From the human T2T-CHM13v2.0 reference genome, Homo sapiens: a DNA stretch of 64,000 nt. Below, piece by piece: positions 18,853 through 53,862 of this stretch. The position numbers and the translations under genes were made by a program. Every line of letters starts with the position of its first letter. The stretch's first letter is position 1. A model generated the notes under the pieces. That model was not told where the DNA came from and did no database searches. It saw only the letters and a list, made by a program, of their open reading frames with translations. The stretch lies in NCBI RefSeq assembly GCF_009914755.1, contig NC_060930.1. One strand, 5' to 3'.

Positions 18853-19385
18853 CAATAGTCCCCCCTTGTCCATGAGGGGTATGTTCTAAGACCTTTAGTT
18901 GCCTGAAACCACAGATAGTACCAAACTCTATATATACTATGAACAATTCTTTTCCTTCGTCATAGTTTCATGGATAGAAGATTCATTCTTACTGTAGATC
19001 TTAGCAACCTCAGCATGTGATTTTTTTTCTTTTCTTATGAAGTCATGAACTTTTACCTTTTCACTGAAAGAAAGCACTTTACAGCTTCTCTCTGGCATAT
19101 CTAAATTGCCAGCATGACTACTCTTGTGCTTTGGTGCCAATGTTAAGTAGAATAAGAGTTACTTGAACACAAGCACTGTGATACTATGACAGTTGATCTG
19201 ATAACCAAGGTGGCCACCAAACAACTAACAGGTAGGTAGCGTCTACAGTGTGGAAATGCCGGACAAAGAGATGATTCACATCCTGGGCAGGATGGAGCTG
19301 GACAGTGTGAGATTTCATCATCATGGTATTCAGAACGGAGCACAATTTAAAACTTATGAATGGTTTCTGGTATTTTCAGTTTAAA
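18853..19385. mobile_element. MER44/Tigger7 DNA transposon remnant, interrupted downstream by Alus
   Basis: TA-cagtagtccccc-like terminus; minus-strand transposase N-terminal peptide MAPKHKSSHAGNLDMP...AEVAKIYSKNESSI. Confidence 0.8.
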
Positions 19386-19389
19386 AAAT

Positions 19390-20015
<626 letters not shown>

Positions 20016-20143
20016 TAATATTTTCTGAAAAATGTTTTTCTGAAAGTCAGAAAGATAGTAGTAAGTGGCAGATTCAGGATTTGAATTGAGGTCCAGCTGC
20101 AAAGGCTTTACTTTTGAATCTGGATATAACTGCTTTTCATTGA

Positions 20144-20317
<174 letters not shown>

Positions 20318-20412
20318 TTGTCATTTTTCTATTATGACGTTAGTAGTTTTCTTTTGACTTACAAAAGCCCTTTACATATTAACATTAACCCTTTGTTCTT
20401 CATTGCACTTAA

Positions 20413-20766
<354 letters not shown>

Positions 20767-20898
20767 TTATATGTTGTATTAATTTTAACAGAGCTTTTGT
20801 ATCTTTTCCTTTATTTTTCTGTTACTTTTAAACATAGAATATCTTACCTATTCTAAGGTTATTTAATATTCACTGATTTCTTAAAATAATTTTTAGAG

Positions 20899-21199
20899 TT
20901 TTTTATTTATTTATTTATTTAGATGGATTCTCGCTCTGTTGCCCAGGCTGGAGTGCAGCGGTGCGATCTCGGCTCACTGCAAGCTCCGCCTCCCGGGTTG
21001 ACGCCATTCTCCTGCCTCAGCCTCCTGAGTAGCTGGGACTACGGGCGCCCACCACCACACCCGGCTAATTTTTTGTGTTTTTAGTAGAGATGAGGTTTCA
21101 CCATGTTGGCCAAGATGGTCTCGATCTCCTGACCTCGTAATCCGCCCGCCTCGGCCTCCCAAAGTGCTGGGATTACAGACATGAGCCACCGCGCCCAGC
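20899..21199 (-). mobile_element. AluY-like
   Basis: gcaagctccgcctcccggg...acgccattctcc diagnostic of AluY. Confidence 0.93.
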
Positions 21200-21245
21200 T
21201 GCGTTTTCTTTATTTGACTCTGTAGCTATCTGAAATTTGTATTGA

Positions 21246-21549
<304 letters not shown>

Positions 21550-22272
21550 TTTCCCCAATTTTTCTAACATCATTTATTGGATGATCAACAAATGAATAGC
21601 TGAATCCCATTGAAGTATTTATGTTACATTCGTGTATTTACTAGTTTCTATTGACCAGTTTTTATTGTCACATCTTAACATTTTGGTGATTTTATATTAT
21701 AAATAATACATTATATAATTATTATGGGATATCTATAAGTAAGTTCCACCACCACAAATTATCTTATTCAGTTATAATAAGATAATAATAAGATATAATA
21801 AGTTATAGTACTTCCTAAAGTACTATACATTAAAAAATAAAAGAGTTAGTCCAGCCTTACTGTGTTTGCTCTTAAGGTAAGTTAGCATAGATGCATACAT
21901 AAAGAAAAAAACAGATCAAAGAAACTGAGCTGTTGATCCTTCTTCAGTTTCTCTAAGGAAAAATCCAAACTTGGAAGAAGTAGCAGTTACAGCAAACAGA
22001 GATTCCTTTATTTCAAAAGTCTTCTATAGTATCTCTGACTGCCCCCTAATGTCGTCTCCCTAGCAGTCCTATGGAATAAGTGTTTTCCTCTATAAAAAGT
22101 AAAAATGCTTTGCAGTAAAGTGTTTGTGTCTAGAGCATTCTTTTTAGGGGGATAGTTTTTTTATGCAATGGGTTCTTAGTTGCAGCCAATTGGGGTATCT
22201 TAATTTTATAAACCATAAAAACAGTGAGTAATTTCCCTGGTTGTTCACAAGCTGTCAAGAATGGTTTCAGGA

Positions 22273-22704
22273 AAACCAACCCAAATGCCCATCAATGATA
22301 GACTAGATAAAGAAAATGTGGTACATATATTCCATGGAATACTATGCAGCCATAAAAAGGAATGAGATCATGTCCTTGGCAGAGACATGGATGGAGCTGG
22401 AAGCCATCATCCTTGGCAACCTAACACAGGAACAGAAAACCAAACACTGCATGTTCTCACTCATAAGTGGGAGTTGAACATTGAGAACACCTGGACACAG
22501 AGAGGGGAACAACATACACCAGGGCCTGTGGGTGGTAAGGGGAGGGAACTTAGAGGACGAGTCAATAGGTGCAGCAAACTAATATGGCACATGTATACCT
22601 ATGTAACAAACCTGCACGTTCTGCACATGTATTCCATTTTTTGTTTGTTTGTTGTTAGAATAAATAAAGAAAAAATAAATAAAAATTTTAAGAAAAAAAA
22701 AAAA
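22273..22704 (+). mobile_element. L1PA (L1PA10-like) 3' end fragment
   Basis: End of ORF2 and 3'UTR motifs (atggaatactatgcagccataaaa; acctgcacgttctgcacatgta) followed by an A-rich tail. Confidence 0.85.
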
Positions 22705-23016
22705 GGTACAACTTGAGTTTCTCAGGCTTGATACAAATGAGGTTCACATTTTATAGCCTTTTGCCCTTACTTGAAGACACCTATAAAATGTTCCATAAGA
22801 ATTCCTGAGGTCTTTTCAGTTACCAACAGCTAGCTAAGTCTGGTATCAGAAATACCGGAATCCTAGAGATTGTGATTTAGGTACTTCTCTGTATTTTCAG
22901 AAATTTTTCCCTAGAAATATTTCTCATATGTGCCCATGAATGTATCCCTTCCATCTGTGCTCTCTCTGTTTCTCTGTTGCTCTCTCGCTTTCTCACTCTT
23001 GTTCACTGTCTCTCTT

Positions 23017-23017
<1 letters not shown>

Positions 23018-23062
<45 letters not shown>
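23018..23062. repeat. (CT)n microsatellite
   Basis: About 22 perfect CT units preceded by a degenerate CT-rich tract. Confidence 0.95.
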
Positions 23063-23066
<4 letters not shown>

Positions 23067-25283
23067 AATACTACTAACTGATGCACCAGAAAGGGGCCAA
23101 AACTGTGTTAGCAATCTGACTCCCCCTCCATTGTCATGTAACATCTTACACAAAGCAGGGAAGCTAATGCCTTGATATTTTATAGAGATATTGGTGAAAC
23201 ATTTCTCAGTTTTTATTTAAACTCTCTCTCTTTTTAGAACCCACATATGAGTCCATGGCACTAGGTCAGAGATAAATTAGAATGACCACCATCATAGTCT
23301 ACTCAGAATCACTCCTCCTTTCCTTAGTCATTTAAGGCTTTTATTTTGGATCAAGCCTTTTGTAGTTACTTCACCTTCTTTCAGAGTGAGTTTTTCTCCC
23401 AGGATGCTTCAGTGCTTTATATAAATAAGCTTCCAGTAGGCTTATGCACTTGTTTACAACACAGGACCAGATTATAAAGGTTAAGCTGAGATCCCATTAC
23501 AATGAGAATCTCTGAGCTCTGTGTCACAACATAACTTGTCCTCTCATCTCTTTACTGTTTTCTTTCTTTTTCTTCATCTTGTTTTTATCCTATCAGTGGA
23601 TTATTCTGCTTGTGCCCACTTTAATATGTGTCTACACATTTAATTTAAATAAACTGTAGTCTACTTTTTAACTTACTGGCAATCTTCTAACTAGTCATTA
23701 TTTCATATACATTAAAAACCTCAAATTTGGACCAGTTTTTTAACTGGTACAAAATCCGGTTTGTGAAATAATATTATACTTAGGTCAGAGGAAGCAGAGA
23801 CCTCCCAAGGACTTCAGTGTGTAGTGACAAATAGCAAAATTTCATTCTTTATGTCATTGGAGAAACCCACCCGGAGCTGAAAACTAAGTCAGATTTCTTG
23901 AGTAGCTCCAGTATTCTTGGGATAGCTTTAACAACTTACCTCTCTCTGAAGATGTACAACCATCTTCAGGATTTACGTACTTTAGGGCCTTACCTCCACT
24001 TTATAGTGAGCCAGCTGTGACTAATGTTGATCTCTTGTTTTTTGAGGGAACAACAACTTAGATAGATGCGGTATCCCATGGGGAGCAGGCAGTGTCTGAG
24101 ATAGCTGGTACTAATCACAATAGCAAAATATGGTTACCTTGCAAGAACAAAAAGCATCAAGTATCTTAGCAAACCTTAGGCTTTATAGCCTCTAATTTAG
24201 ACCAATCAGAATGTTCTAGGAGATTGCCAATCATGGCAATGGCTAAAGTAGAAAATTCTAGGAAGTGAAGTGTGCCTTCTGCCCTTCCAGAAAATACTAT
24301 CCTGGGAAGTGCCTGCCTTTGCCTTGTGAATTGAGGAGGTGGTGAAATCATGGAAAATGTACAACTCTCAAAAATCAAAATAGGCTAATGTTATAGTGTA
24401 ATTCTTGGATTTCCATTTTGAAGCAAGCTTTCTTGCTTAAAATTCTTCCAGTGAGTTATTTTTTTGTAAGCAGTTATCACCTTATGTGATTATGAATTAA
24501 TTTAATTAACATTGACTGGAATCTATTAAAAAATAGAATACATTTCTAAAATATTTAAATTGCAGAAAGGAAAATAAAATTATTTGGAAATTTTAGACCA
24601 AAAATTACCTGCTTAAATGGTTAAAAGGGCTCTCTTACCAAAACAAAAACAACAACAAAATAAAAACCAGACTAACAAAACTAAGTAGTCTAGATTCTTC
24701 AGATTTGGAAACTTTCCAATCTAGATGATTAAAATGCTAATACATTAAGCAGAGGTGTGTCTTATTCAAAGGTTAAATTCCGATATTTCATATATCCAAA
24801 ATTACCCTTGAAAATCCCTTAGGAAGCCATACATTAGAATTCAACAATCAGTATTAGAGAATCAGTGTATATTGTTGGTTTGTGTTTAAAAGCTCAGTTA
24901 TCTTTTAGAATATGTACTTTCTCTTTAAATCCTAGAGTCACACTGCTTATAGAGAAGTGCTCAGACTATGATAGGTATATGGGATTTATGGGTAACTGAG
25001 AAACCAGTAAATTCAAATCACTCATGTGATGCTTACTCCAGGGTATATGATTATTGAAAATCAGGCAGAATTGTCAGTACTGCTTACACAAGAAATAGTA
25101 ACTTTTCTTTCTTTTATTGCCAAGCCTATTAGAGTTGAATTTATAATTAAGTTCATAAAGATACAACTCCACAGTATATGATTATGTTTTTAAAGTTTCA
25201 CCTGAATTTTTGTATAATGCATTTACCCTTAAAATAGGAAAGCATGATACTATATTATATCATTCCTTTATTCTCTACAGATA

Positions 25284-43018
<17,735 letters not shown>

Positions 43019-43929
43019 CAAAACAGCAAAACTGTCACCTTAATGAACTTTGTCAGTGAGACCTTGAATTGTCTAAAGTGGTTTTAATTTAATATAACTT
43101 TGTGACATTTTGAATCATGTTTCTAGTTTCTATAAAACATGAAGTTGCAGTATTTAAAAATTAATGCCTAATGACCTGGTGGGTTCCAAATAATAAATTA
43201 ATTGCTTTTTTATTTTTCTTATTGATTGAAGCCCGTAACCTCATCTTGTCTTAGAAACATTGTTGGCTTTGCAGATATCTTAAGCTAAATTTAAGAAATT
43301 GTACTAGATTGACAATATTCAAAATTGAGTTAAATCCAAGCTACAAGTACCATTCATTCCACTTTTCATTTAGTAGGTTTGGAACCTTAAAAACCAATGT
43401 TCAATGAACAGAGTTCAGAAAGATCATTTAGCTTTCCTGGTGCCTTCTTTCTATTTTGTTTTAGAGCTGTGAAATGTTTTTCTCTTTTGGAAAAGGAAAA
43501 ACTTAATAGTTACACAGTTTTGTGAAGAAGCCTTTAATCCAAGTTTTATGAGACAGTAGGAACCTATAGCTACTTAATTTTTAGGAGACAGTAATTCAGT
43601 TGCAGAAGCTTTCCTCTGCTATTCCCATTCTCTTTTACAAAACTAGTTTTTTTTAAAAAATCAATGATCAATTTTATCTTACTACTTTATAACTTTTGCT
43701 GACTTTTATTCTTTGCATTGTATGTAATGTCCATCAGTATAAATTGAGACTGTGAATTTCTAGGACCCACAAAAGTGGTATTTTTTTTTTGTACAAGAAA
43801 GTATAGAGGAAGAGGAAGCTGGGCATTAAATTACCTCATCCAGCAGAAATTCACGGTAGTATGGTATATTTTTATTTTTTATATTTTAAAATCAATAATG
43901 TCAAATGTCATTGTGTATGCATGCTTTAT

Positions 43930-43935
43930 AATAAA
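43930..43935 (+). terminator. Candidate polyadenylation signal of CEP57L1 (a proximal AATAAA also lies at 43192-43197)
   Basis: AATAAA about 0.9 kb after the stop codon, with upstream TGTA motifs and a downstream T-rich tract. Confidence 0.55.
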
Positions 43936-44845
43936 TTTACACTTGATCATTTTTCTGGAAGCCTATGGGAACTAGTACAACTCTTCTGAACTCTTGGTTT
44001 CTCACTCAAATCCTCTGAGGCAACTGGGGAACTAGAGTCATGAACTGAATTAGAAATAGAGGACAGAGAGAAAAGATATAATAGAATGGAGGAGCTCAAA
44101 TATAGGGTAGCAGTTTAAGAGATGGTGATTCCTAAGGGACAGAGTTGGAAGTACATATTTACTGAATTCTTTGAACCCACAGCTGATGGAATGTTCAAGC
44201 TATAGATGTGAAAGAATTTTTAGGTCAGGATCTTGGGAAGCTAAGGAGAGCAATTTTTAAAAGACAGTTTTTCTGTTTTCCTAGGAAATTCCCAAGAAGC
44301 TTGTGTAGGAAAAAGTTGGTAATTATGGATCTTTTGGGGAGGAAGAGAACTATAATTCATTCTAATGGTGAGGAGAGATACCATGTTAGAATACCTTCCA
44401 TACCTGGAAGTGGGGAAGTGACTGAAGATGGGCACATTGATGCTTGAAATTGTCCTTGAAAGTAGTTAATGGCAGAGATCAAAATTTCCTCCTGTTGTAA
44501 ATAGTGCATGTGCCCTTTGCCAGCTTTCACTCCCACTCATTCACACCCTTAGCTCCTCAGCCCTGGAGATGTTCCATAGGGTGTTTGATCTAAACTCAGT
44601 TGCATCACCTTACCTGTTTTTCTACTTTGCCTTTCCTCCTTGAGGATATGAGTTTTATAGCTTAAGCTTAGCTTTTTGCTAAACTTTTTAGCTTTCTGCT
44701 ATCCACCAGGACCATAATGCAGACCTATAGTTCTGTGCCTTTGTTTTCTATACATTTAGGAAGGTGGCTGAATATATTTAGTTATTAATAATTCATTACT
44801 TGTGAAAAGGTATTGCTTTAAAAATTATCATTAAAAATTTAAAAA

Positions 44846-45193
<348 letters not shown>

Positions 45194-45199
45194 TTAGTC

Positions 45200-45450
45200 C
45201 AGTGTAGTAGAAAAAACCACAACTTCAGAGCTAGGAAACTTGGTTTCAAATTCTGGGACTCTACCATTTAATAGCTTGGACAAGTCAGATAACTTTCTGG
45301 AGCCTCAGTTTCTCATCTGTAAAGTGAGGATTATACTAATATCTCCCTCACAGGACTATACTAATTTGTTGTGAGGAGTTAATGAAATAACATGGGAAAG
45401 CACCCAGCAGAAGAGTTGACACTTATTAAACACTCAATAAATATTTTTTG
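45200..45450 (+). mobile_element. MIR
   Basis: gcctcagtttctcatctgtaaagtgagga core. Confidence 0.75.
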
Positions 45451-45887
45451 AATCTGAGTGGCAAAAAAAAAAAAAAAATGTAGAACACATGTTTGCATGG
45501 GTTGAAGCCTAAAAGCAAACACCTAAATATATTATTGGTAAAAGTGGGAATATTCTCACTTATTTTGGTTTTTATCTCTTTCTGTGTGCCTGAAGGGAAA
45601 TGGCTTTGTCATCTTTCCTAGCCCAGGTTTCTAATGGGAGGGGGTAAAGAACACAGTCCTGTCATTGTGCTGAAACATGTAACCACACACAGCAAATAGG
45701 TTTGGAGTATGGTGTGGTTGTTGAGGTGACATTTATTATTGAGAGACAATGAAGAATGGTGTCTTGTTGCTTCATCACAGCTACTGAACTCACAGACTGC
45801 CTGCTTGCCAGAGCCTTTGACTCCTCAGGGGGTGGAGCAAAAGATTTCTTTCCTGGATGGAGCAGTCAGTCTATGGTCAGTGTAAGA

Positions 45888-45901
45888 GTTGCTGTAGCAA
45901 C
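45888..45901. promoter_or_regulatory. RFX X-box palindrome GTTGCTGTAGCAAC; candidate promoter element of a downstream transcript
   Basis: Perfect 6-bp arms GTTGCT/AGCAAC with a 2-nt spacer in non-repetitive sequence; donor-like TTG|gtatga at 45933/45934. Confidence 0.55.
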
Positions 45902-46399
45902 CTCACAGCTGTGCTCTGTCTAGCAGAAACTTGGTATGATTTCACGGATTTTGTTCACTTAAGTAAAAAACAGATTTGTTTGGTTTTTATGTAATTAGAA
46001 ATTGAAATAATGGAATTGGAATTTTCTAGCCAAGGCAGGTCTCAATTTTGATGAAACTGAAGCCAGAAAGTTCCAGTGTTTGAAGCAGCAGGTATTGTGA
46101 CTATATTCTGATACTGGAAATGGGAGTTGGAATCCTGAATTAACTGTACTTGGGTGGATCATTGGCAACCCAGCCATTTTTATTAGGTTGTAGATAAAGA
46201 CAGGAGGGTCAGAGGGAAATGTTCAGTTTTCAACAATGTAAGATTAAAGTGGGAGATACTTAGTACATAGTAAGTTAACTGGCTGGGATAATGTAGATAA
46301 TGTACTTGAAAATTATTTTTGAGCTTTTTTGGTAGCTTTCTTACTTTATTCCTTTTTTTCTATACCTGCCAGTAGATGTGAGAGCTTTTCTTACTTTAA

Positions 46400-46887
<488 letters not shown>

Positions 46888-47446
46888 TAGAGTAAATAAT
46901 GAAACTCCTAATGGGGTTTCCTGGAACAATATTCAGCTGTAACTAAAGCTTTATCTACTGAGAACATTTAATTGTAGGTGACGTGTAGATAAGTATAAGC
47001 TGACACTCAGACATATGACAAGACAACCTTCACTAAGGCATAATAGCAACTGTGAGATTTTTAAAAAACTATGCGTGCCATTGCACCTTTTAATTAAAGT
47101 GAGATGAGGATAAATAAAAATAATATTGACTGTCACTCATCTGAAAATAAATTTACTTCTTGGTAATTAAATAGACCTTCTCAATGCCTCAGCCTTTTTC
47201 TTCATATTCCATCTACTTGTTTTCATGTAACTTTGTCTTTCAATTCGTTTTTGTTTTTTTTTCCTGTAAGGAGAATTAGACATAGAAAAATTATAAATTT
47301 AAGCCTTAAAATAATGTCTGGGCCAGAGTTTGTTGTTACTTTTGCTGTAGATTGTTTACTTAAAGAATTAGGTGAATTTTTTTTTTCCTGGTAGGTTTAT
47401 TGGGAGTGTTCTCCATATTGATATAGATGGATCCATTTCCCATTTG

Positions 47447-47845
<399 letters not shown>

Positions 47846-48491
47846 CTAAGAGGAAGAGGTTTGAGAGCCAAGAGTTCTTTATTTGGATATTGGTATGTTT
47901 GACTTGTTCATCAGTGAGTATTTATTGATCTCTAATTATTGATCTCAAAATACTGTATTAGCTACTATGGAATTCCGTTTTCAAGTTGCTTATAGTCTTG
48001 AGGAGAGATAAGATGTATATATATTTAAAAGGAAGAAAACAGTAAGTGACATGAAAGGCATAATGACAACCACAGAGCAGATGCTCAAATATTTATTTGC
48101 CTACTAAATGTTTGTTCTCATCTATCGATAAAGTGCTTAAGAAGTTGGCCTGTTTGTAATTTCTTCATTTTCTATCTATCTTGATTTATATACCTTCACC
48201 TTTTTAAATTTTTTGCCTGGTAGCAGTATTGGTCTAGGATTTTCACTCTTTATTAGGCTTCTTGATTGAAGATACCAGTTCCTTTAGTAATTTCAAAATG
48301 CCGGCCATAGCCAGTCTATAATCCAATTCAAAGGCATGAGTGGAAAAAGTGGGTATGAAACAATGAAGTAAATGGAGAAGTGGGGGAAAATCAAGCAATA
48401 ATCACTTAGACTAAAACAGAACAATAAGAATTATACAGAAAGGTTATATTCTAGAGGCCAAGTATTGACTTGCACAGAATTGTGTAAATGA

Positions 48492-48954
<463 letters not shown>

Positions 48955-48987
48955 TGATATAAAATAGTATTGAAAATATCAGAATGT

Positions 48988-49294
<307 letters not shown>

Positions 49295-50444
49295 GATCAG
49301 AGTGCATCACACATAATTAAGGTAGCTTATGTTTTGTGAAACTTTGTGAGTACGGGTTGTCATTTTTAATGTAGCCCTAAATGTTTTTTAGGGAAGAAAA
49401 AGTTGGCTTTTAATAAGTATTCAGTGAGAATGAATTTGAAGGGTGTGGAGAAAAGTGGAATAGCCAATTTAAAATAGGAATACTCCCAAGTCCCCTGTTA
49501 TGGATGTGCCAATCTATTGTTTATCCCAGAAATATTGTTTCATGTGTTTTACAGATAACAAGTCTCATTTTAATCAATACTGTTGCATTTCCTGGTCTAT
49601 AGAATACAATTTTCAAACACTAGCCAACTTACCTTAGAGAAATACTGGTTTTCTAATGTGGGCAAATAAATACATTCAGTATGAATCCCTTAACAAAATG
49701 ACCTCATTATGCTACCTCTTGGTAAAATCTAACCAAGCATGAGTCTTATGATTAAGAAAGAAATTTGCTCTGTAGGTGCTTCAGACAGTTTTACAACCAA
49801 TAAGAATGTGAGATTTGTCGGAGAAAAACTATCTGCATGTCTCCAATCTGAAGAGAGCAAAGATCTGTTATTTGACAAACCCTATTTTTCCGAGCATCAA
49901 CAGTCAGTGGCACCATGAAAATTAAAAACCTGATAATACCACCAATGTAGTACTCTTTAAAAACATGTCATCTTACTCAGCAATCAACCTGATTGAATAT
50001 TTTAAAATGAATAAGTGGATAAATATCTTACCTGAAAGATAGCTTCATTAAATAAACTAACTCCTGAGAGGATTTCTTTGGCCTTTAATATCCTATTTAA
50101 TAGATTTCTTATAACCATATCAGCAAAGCCACTCTGCTCTGGACAATGGTCAGAAGGTAGGAAGAAGTGTTATAGGGTAATGAGCAATAATAAGGCCACC
50201 AAATATAATCCCATTGTAATGGGATTCTACCCACTTGTAGAAGTTTATTCACCACTACAAATTACTAAAGTTAACCTAAACAATTAAAGAAAGAAATCTT
50301 AGTCTTTAAGAACAGAGGATTGTAAAGTGAGCCAGACCTTCCAATCAGCTAAAATAATGTAAAATAATGTACTTTTCAACCTGACTTGGCTTAATGTAGT
50401 TAAGTAAATTTTAGGATAGGTTCTAAAAAACCTTGAGAGGCATT

Positions 50445-50467
50445 TTGTTGTTGTTGTTGTTGTTGTT
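50445..50467. repeat. (TTG)n microsatellite
   Basis: Direct reading. Confidence 0.9.
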
Positions 50468-51269
50468 AGTTTGCCTTAAAGTTAAATGTACATTGACCTT
50501 TGGTATTTCTTAGAAAAACCTGTTACTGAACCTAGTACAGAATGTGAATCATTTCATGCCTGAAATACAAGATTGATGTTTACAGGGCAATTGTCCAGAA
50601 TCTTGCTGAATTGGAAAGTATTTCACTCTTCATCACTGTAGATCCGTTTAACTTTACAAATGTGTTATTTAAAACATAAACCATTTTGGTGCACAGGAAA
50701 CCCACTTAAAATTAAATTTTAAAAAGCTCTCGAGAAGTCTGTGGAACATTTATGGTTTTATAACTTACAATTTCTAGCAAAAGTATCTTTAATATCTTAC
50801 AAAATATTTTCAGAGATAGCTTATCCAAAATATGTAATACATGTGAGAGAATAGCACTGTTGAAATGCTTGAACACATAAAAAGCATTATTGCCTTCATT
50901 TTCCCTGAAATGAACCAAGCTACCAATTTAAAGCTGGGAAAGTCAGTACCAGAGTTAAAAACAAGTTACTTTAAAGATATCTGCTTTTACTTTAATCTAA
51001 AAAATAATTGATTTTTTAAAAAACTTATTCTATTTTATGTATATAACTTCTCCTTTATAAGCTTAGAAAAATTTATATCAGTATTACATTCTTGATTCTC
51101 TCAAGGTATGATTTAAATGGTGGACACTTAAGCCAAAATTTCAAACAGGTTCTTTTTTCTTTGTTCTTTTACAGAATGGCTCTCAAGTCGAAAGAGGGCT
51201 GTGCCTTTGGTGTTTGGGTATGATATATTTGCCTGTGATTTCTCATTCTCAGAGCATTCCCATAAATAA

Positions 51270-51598
<329 letters not shown>

Positions 51599-51997
51599 TG
51601 ATTCTCTTAAACCGTTCTACTAAAATACTATCAGTTTAAACTACCATCTACAGAAATAAAAAACATAAACCACTAAAAGATTAAAGCATTTAGGAGTTTA
51701 TATGCAAAGAAGTCTTGCAAGGGAGTACAAGCTTTAGGAGGACAGGCTTATCAAATTAAAAAATGAAAAAACCTACAAAATTACCAAAGTCACCAAGTTT
51801 AGTTATTCTTTTCATGGTGGAAAACAGTTTCCTCAGATAATCATCATATCAGAGGTCATCATGTATCCTTAGATATCAGCATTGCCAAGACCAGGGATAT
51901 AGTTATTAGTAATTTACAGGAAAGGCTCAAGGTTTCATTTACATGGGAAATGAGAACTAGACAGTGTGGTGACTGTTTTTGTTGTTAACCTTACCTC

Positions 51998-52630
51998 AGT
52001 GTTTTATCTCGGGTGGTCCCCAAGACCACCTTCAGGATCAGTGATTCACTGGAGGGACTCACAGAACTCAGAAAAGCTGTTAAGTTATGGTTATGGTATA
52101 TTATAGCAAAAGAATATATATTAAAATCAGCAGCTGAAAAAAGGCACATAGGGCAAAGTCTGGGGGACACCAGGCACAAGCTTCCAGTTGTCCTTCACCT
52201 GTGAAGTCATGTAGACAGACCATAATTCTCTCAGCAGACAGACCATAATTCTCTCAGCAACAATGTGTGACAACATTCTTGGAGAATTGCTAACCAGGGA
52301 AGCTCCACCAAGCCTTGGTGTCCAGATTTTTTCTTGAGGGTTGGTCACGTAGGCATAGCATGACTGATAGCCCATGTGGCTGACCTTCAGTTTTCAGCCC
52401 CTCCAAAGATGGAGCTGATACTACATGGCCTAAGGACTTCACCATTAATCACATTGTTAGCTTAGACTACCTGGTATGGCCTAAGGCCCCCAAGTAAATT
52501 AAAACATTCATATCAGGCAGGATAGTCCAAGGACTTAGAGGTTATCTTGAATCTGGACACAGGACAAACATTTCTTTGGAATGTGAAAAGTTTACACAAT
52601 CAAGACTTGCTATGTTGATCCTTTACTGCG
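51998..52630 (-). mobile_element. MER21-family LTR (ERVL), solo LTR
   Basis: ggtccccaagaccacc...ggactcacagaactcagaaaagctgtt motif typical of MER21. Confidence 0.75.
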
Positions 52631-53467
52631 GTATTGTTTTTTGTTTTCTGACCCAAAAGTGATGTGCATTGCTTACCTATCATGGCCTCTGGTTAAGGTG
52701 TCAGTCTTGCCTCCAAATTTCCTCCTAAAGCATGGAATTGGCCATAAATTTGCTTAGTGATTTTCTGATTTAGTATCATTAGTTTGATGACTAGTTTTAT
52801 TATGTGAGTGTGATAAAAGGTTACGCTTAGTATACAAAGACCTTCTTATAAGTCTAGTTAATAAAACTAGGGCCATGTGTTACTACAACATAGGAGTTAA
52901 CTTTGTCTGGAGGCTTTTTCAAGCCCAAGAGGTTGTCATTTCTTTATGTGTAAGATACTGCCCACATACTATACTGAAGTCAGGAACCAAGAACCGGTCA
53001 ATTTACCTCAGCCAAGTTGCTTGGACTGCTTTGCTTAATAATGGGTTTGCCATATCTACTTTAATGAGATGTGTGGCATGGTGATGGTTACAAAAGTGAT
53101 TTGTTAATTATTGCCTGGTAGGAAGGAGAACATGTTTTTTTTGAACCTATGCAAATAGCCACATGTCTGTGAAAAGTAAAGGGATACTTTTGTGTAATAT
53201 TTAACCATGTATACCATTGTTTGTGTACTTTTTAATTGTGTCATTTTCTACAGTATTATTTTTGCATTTTCCTGACACTGTATTACTTACAAGTTATATT
53301 AATAATTTTTATTAATTTTTTTCCTGAATCCTAAAAGGTCAGTTGGAACATGAGACCATTTAAAGAATATTATTTCCTTCCAGTTTATTCAAGGGTGGCC
53401 TATTGAGAGTTTGAGATAAAGAAGAAAGGAATCTTTCCTTTCCTTCCCCCTCAGCCCGCCCCCTACC

Positions 53468-53783
53468 TTTCTTTTTTTTTTTTTTTTCTTTTCAGGGTCT
53501 TGTTCTGTCACCCAGGCTGGAGTGGAGTGAATGCAATCAAAGCTCACTGCAACCTCAAACTCTTGGGCTTAAGCAGTCCTCCTGCCTCTGCCTCCCAAGT
53601 AGCTGGGACTACAGGTGCATGCCACCACACCTGGCTAATTAAAAAAAAAAAAAAATTTTTTTTTTTGAGGAGACGCGGTCTCACTTTGCTGCCCAGGCTG
53701 GTCTCAAACTCTGGGCTCAAGCAATCCTTCCACCTCAGCCTCCCAAAGCTCTGGGATTACAGGCATGAGCCACTGTGCCCGGC
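53468..53783 (-). mobile_element. AluJ
   Basis: Diverged antisense dimer. Confidence 0.92.
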
Positions 53784-53862
53784 AGAATTTTTCTGTGTCC
53801 ATTAGAAATAGAAATCAGTCACATGCTATGATTTCAATATGTCACTCAAAAGCCATGTGTTG

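Noticed and set aside
18937-19140. Transposase-like 67-aa ORF as a domesticated gene
   Set aside because: Only the N-terminal stub retained in a non-autonomous MER44/Tigger7 element; no catalytic domain.
21880-23520. Possible ERV internal fragments around the L1PA piece and CT repeat
   Set aside because: Resemblance too weak to assign a family without a search.
24200-24240. Paired CCAAT boxes and attgcca/tggcaat palindrome as an alternative promoter
   Set aside because: Short motifs in CpG-poor, possibly LTR-derived sequence, with no other support.
49620-50125. Minus-strand donor-like sites (cttacc at ~49628 and ~50027) suggesting antisense exons
   Set aside because: No convincing acceptors or recognisable peptide; such motifs are expected by chance.
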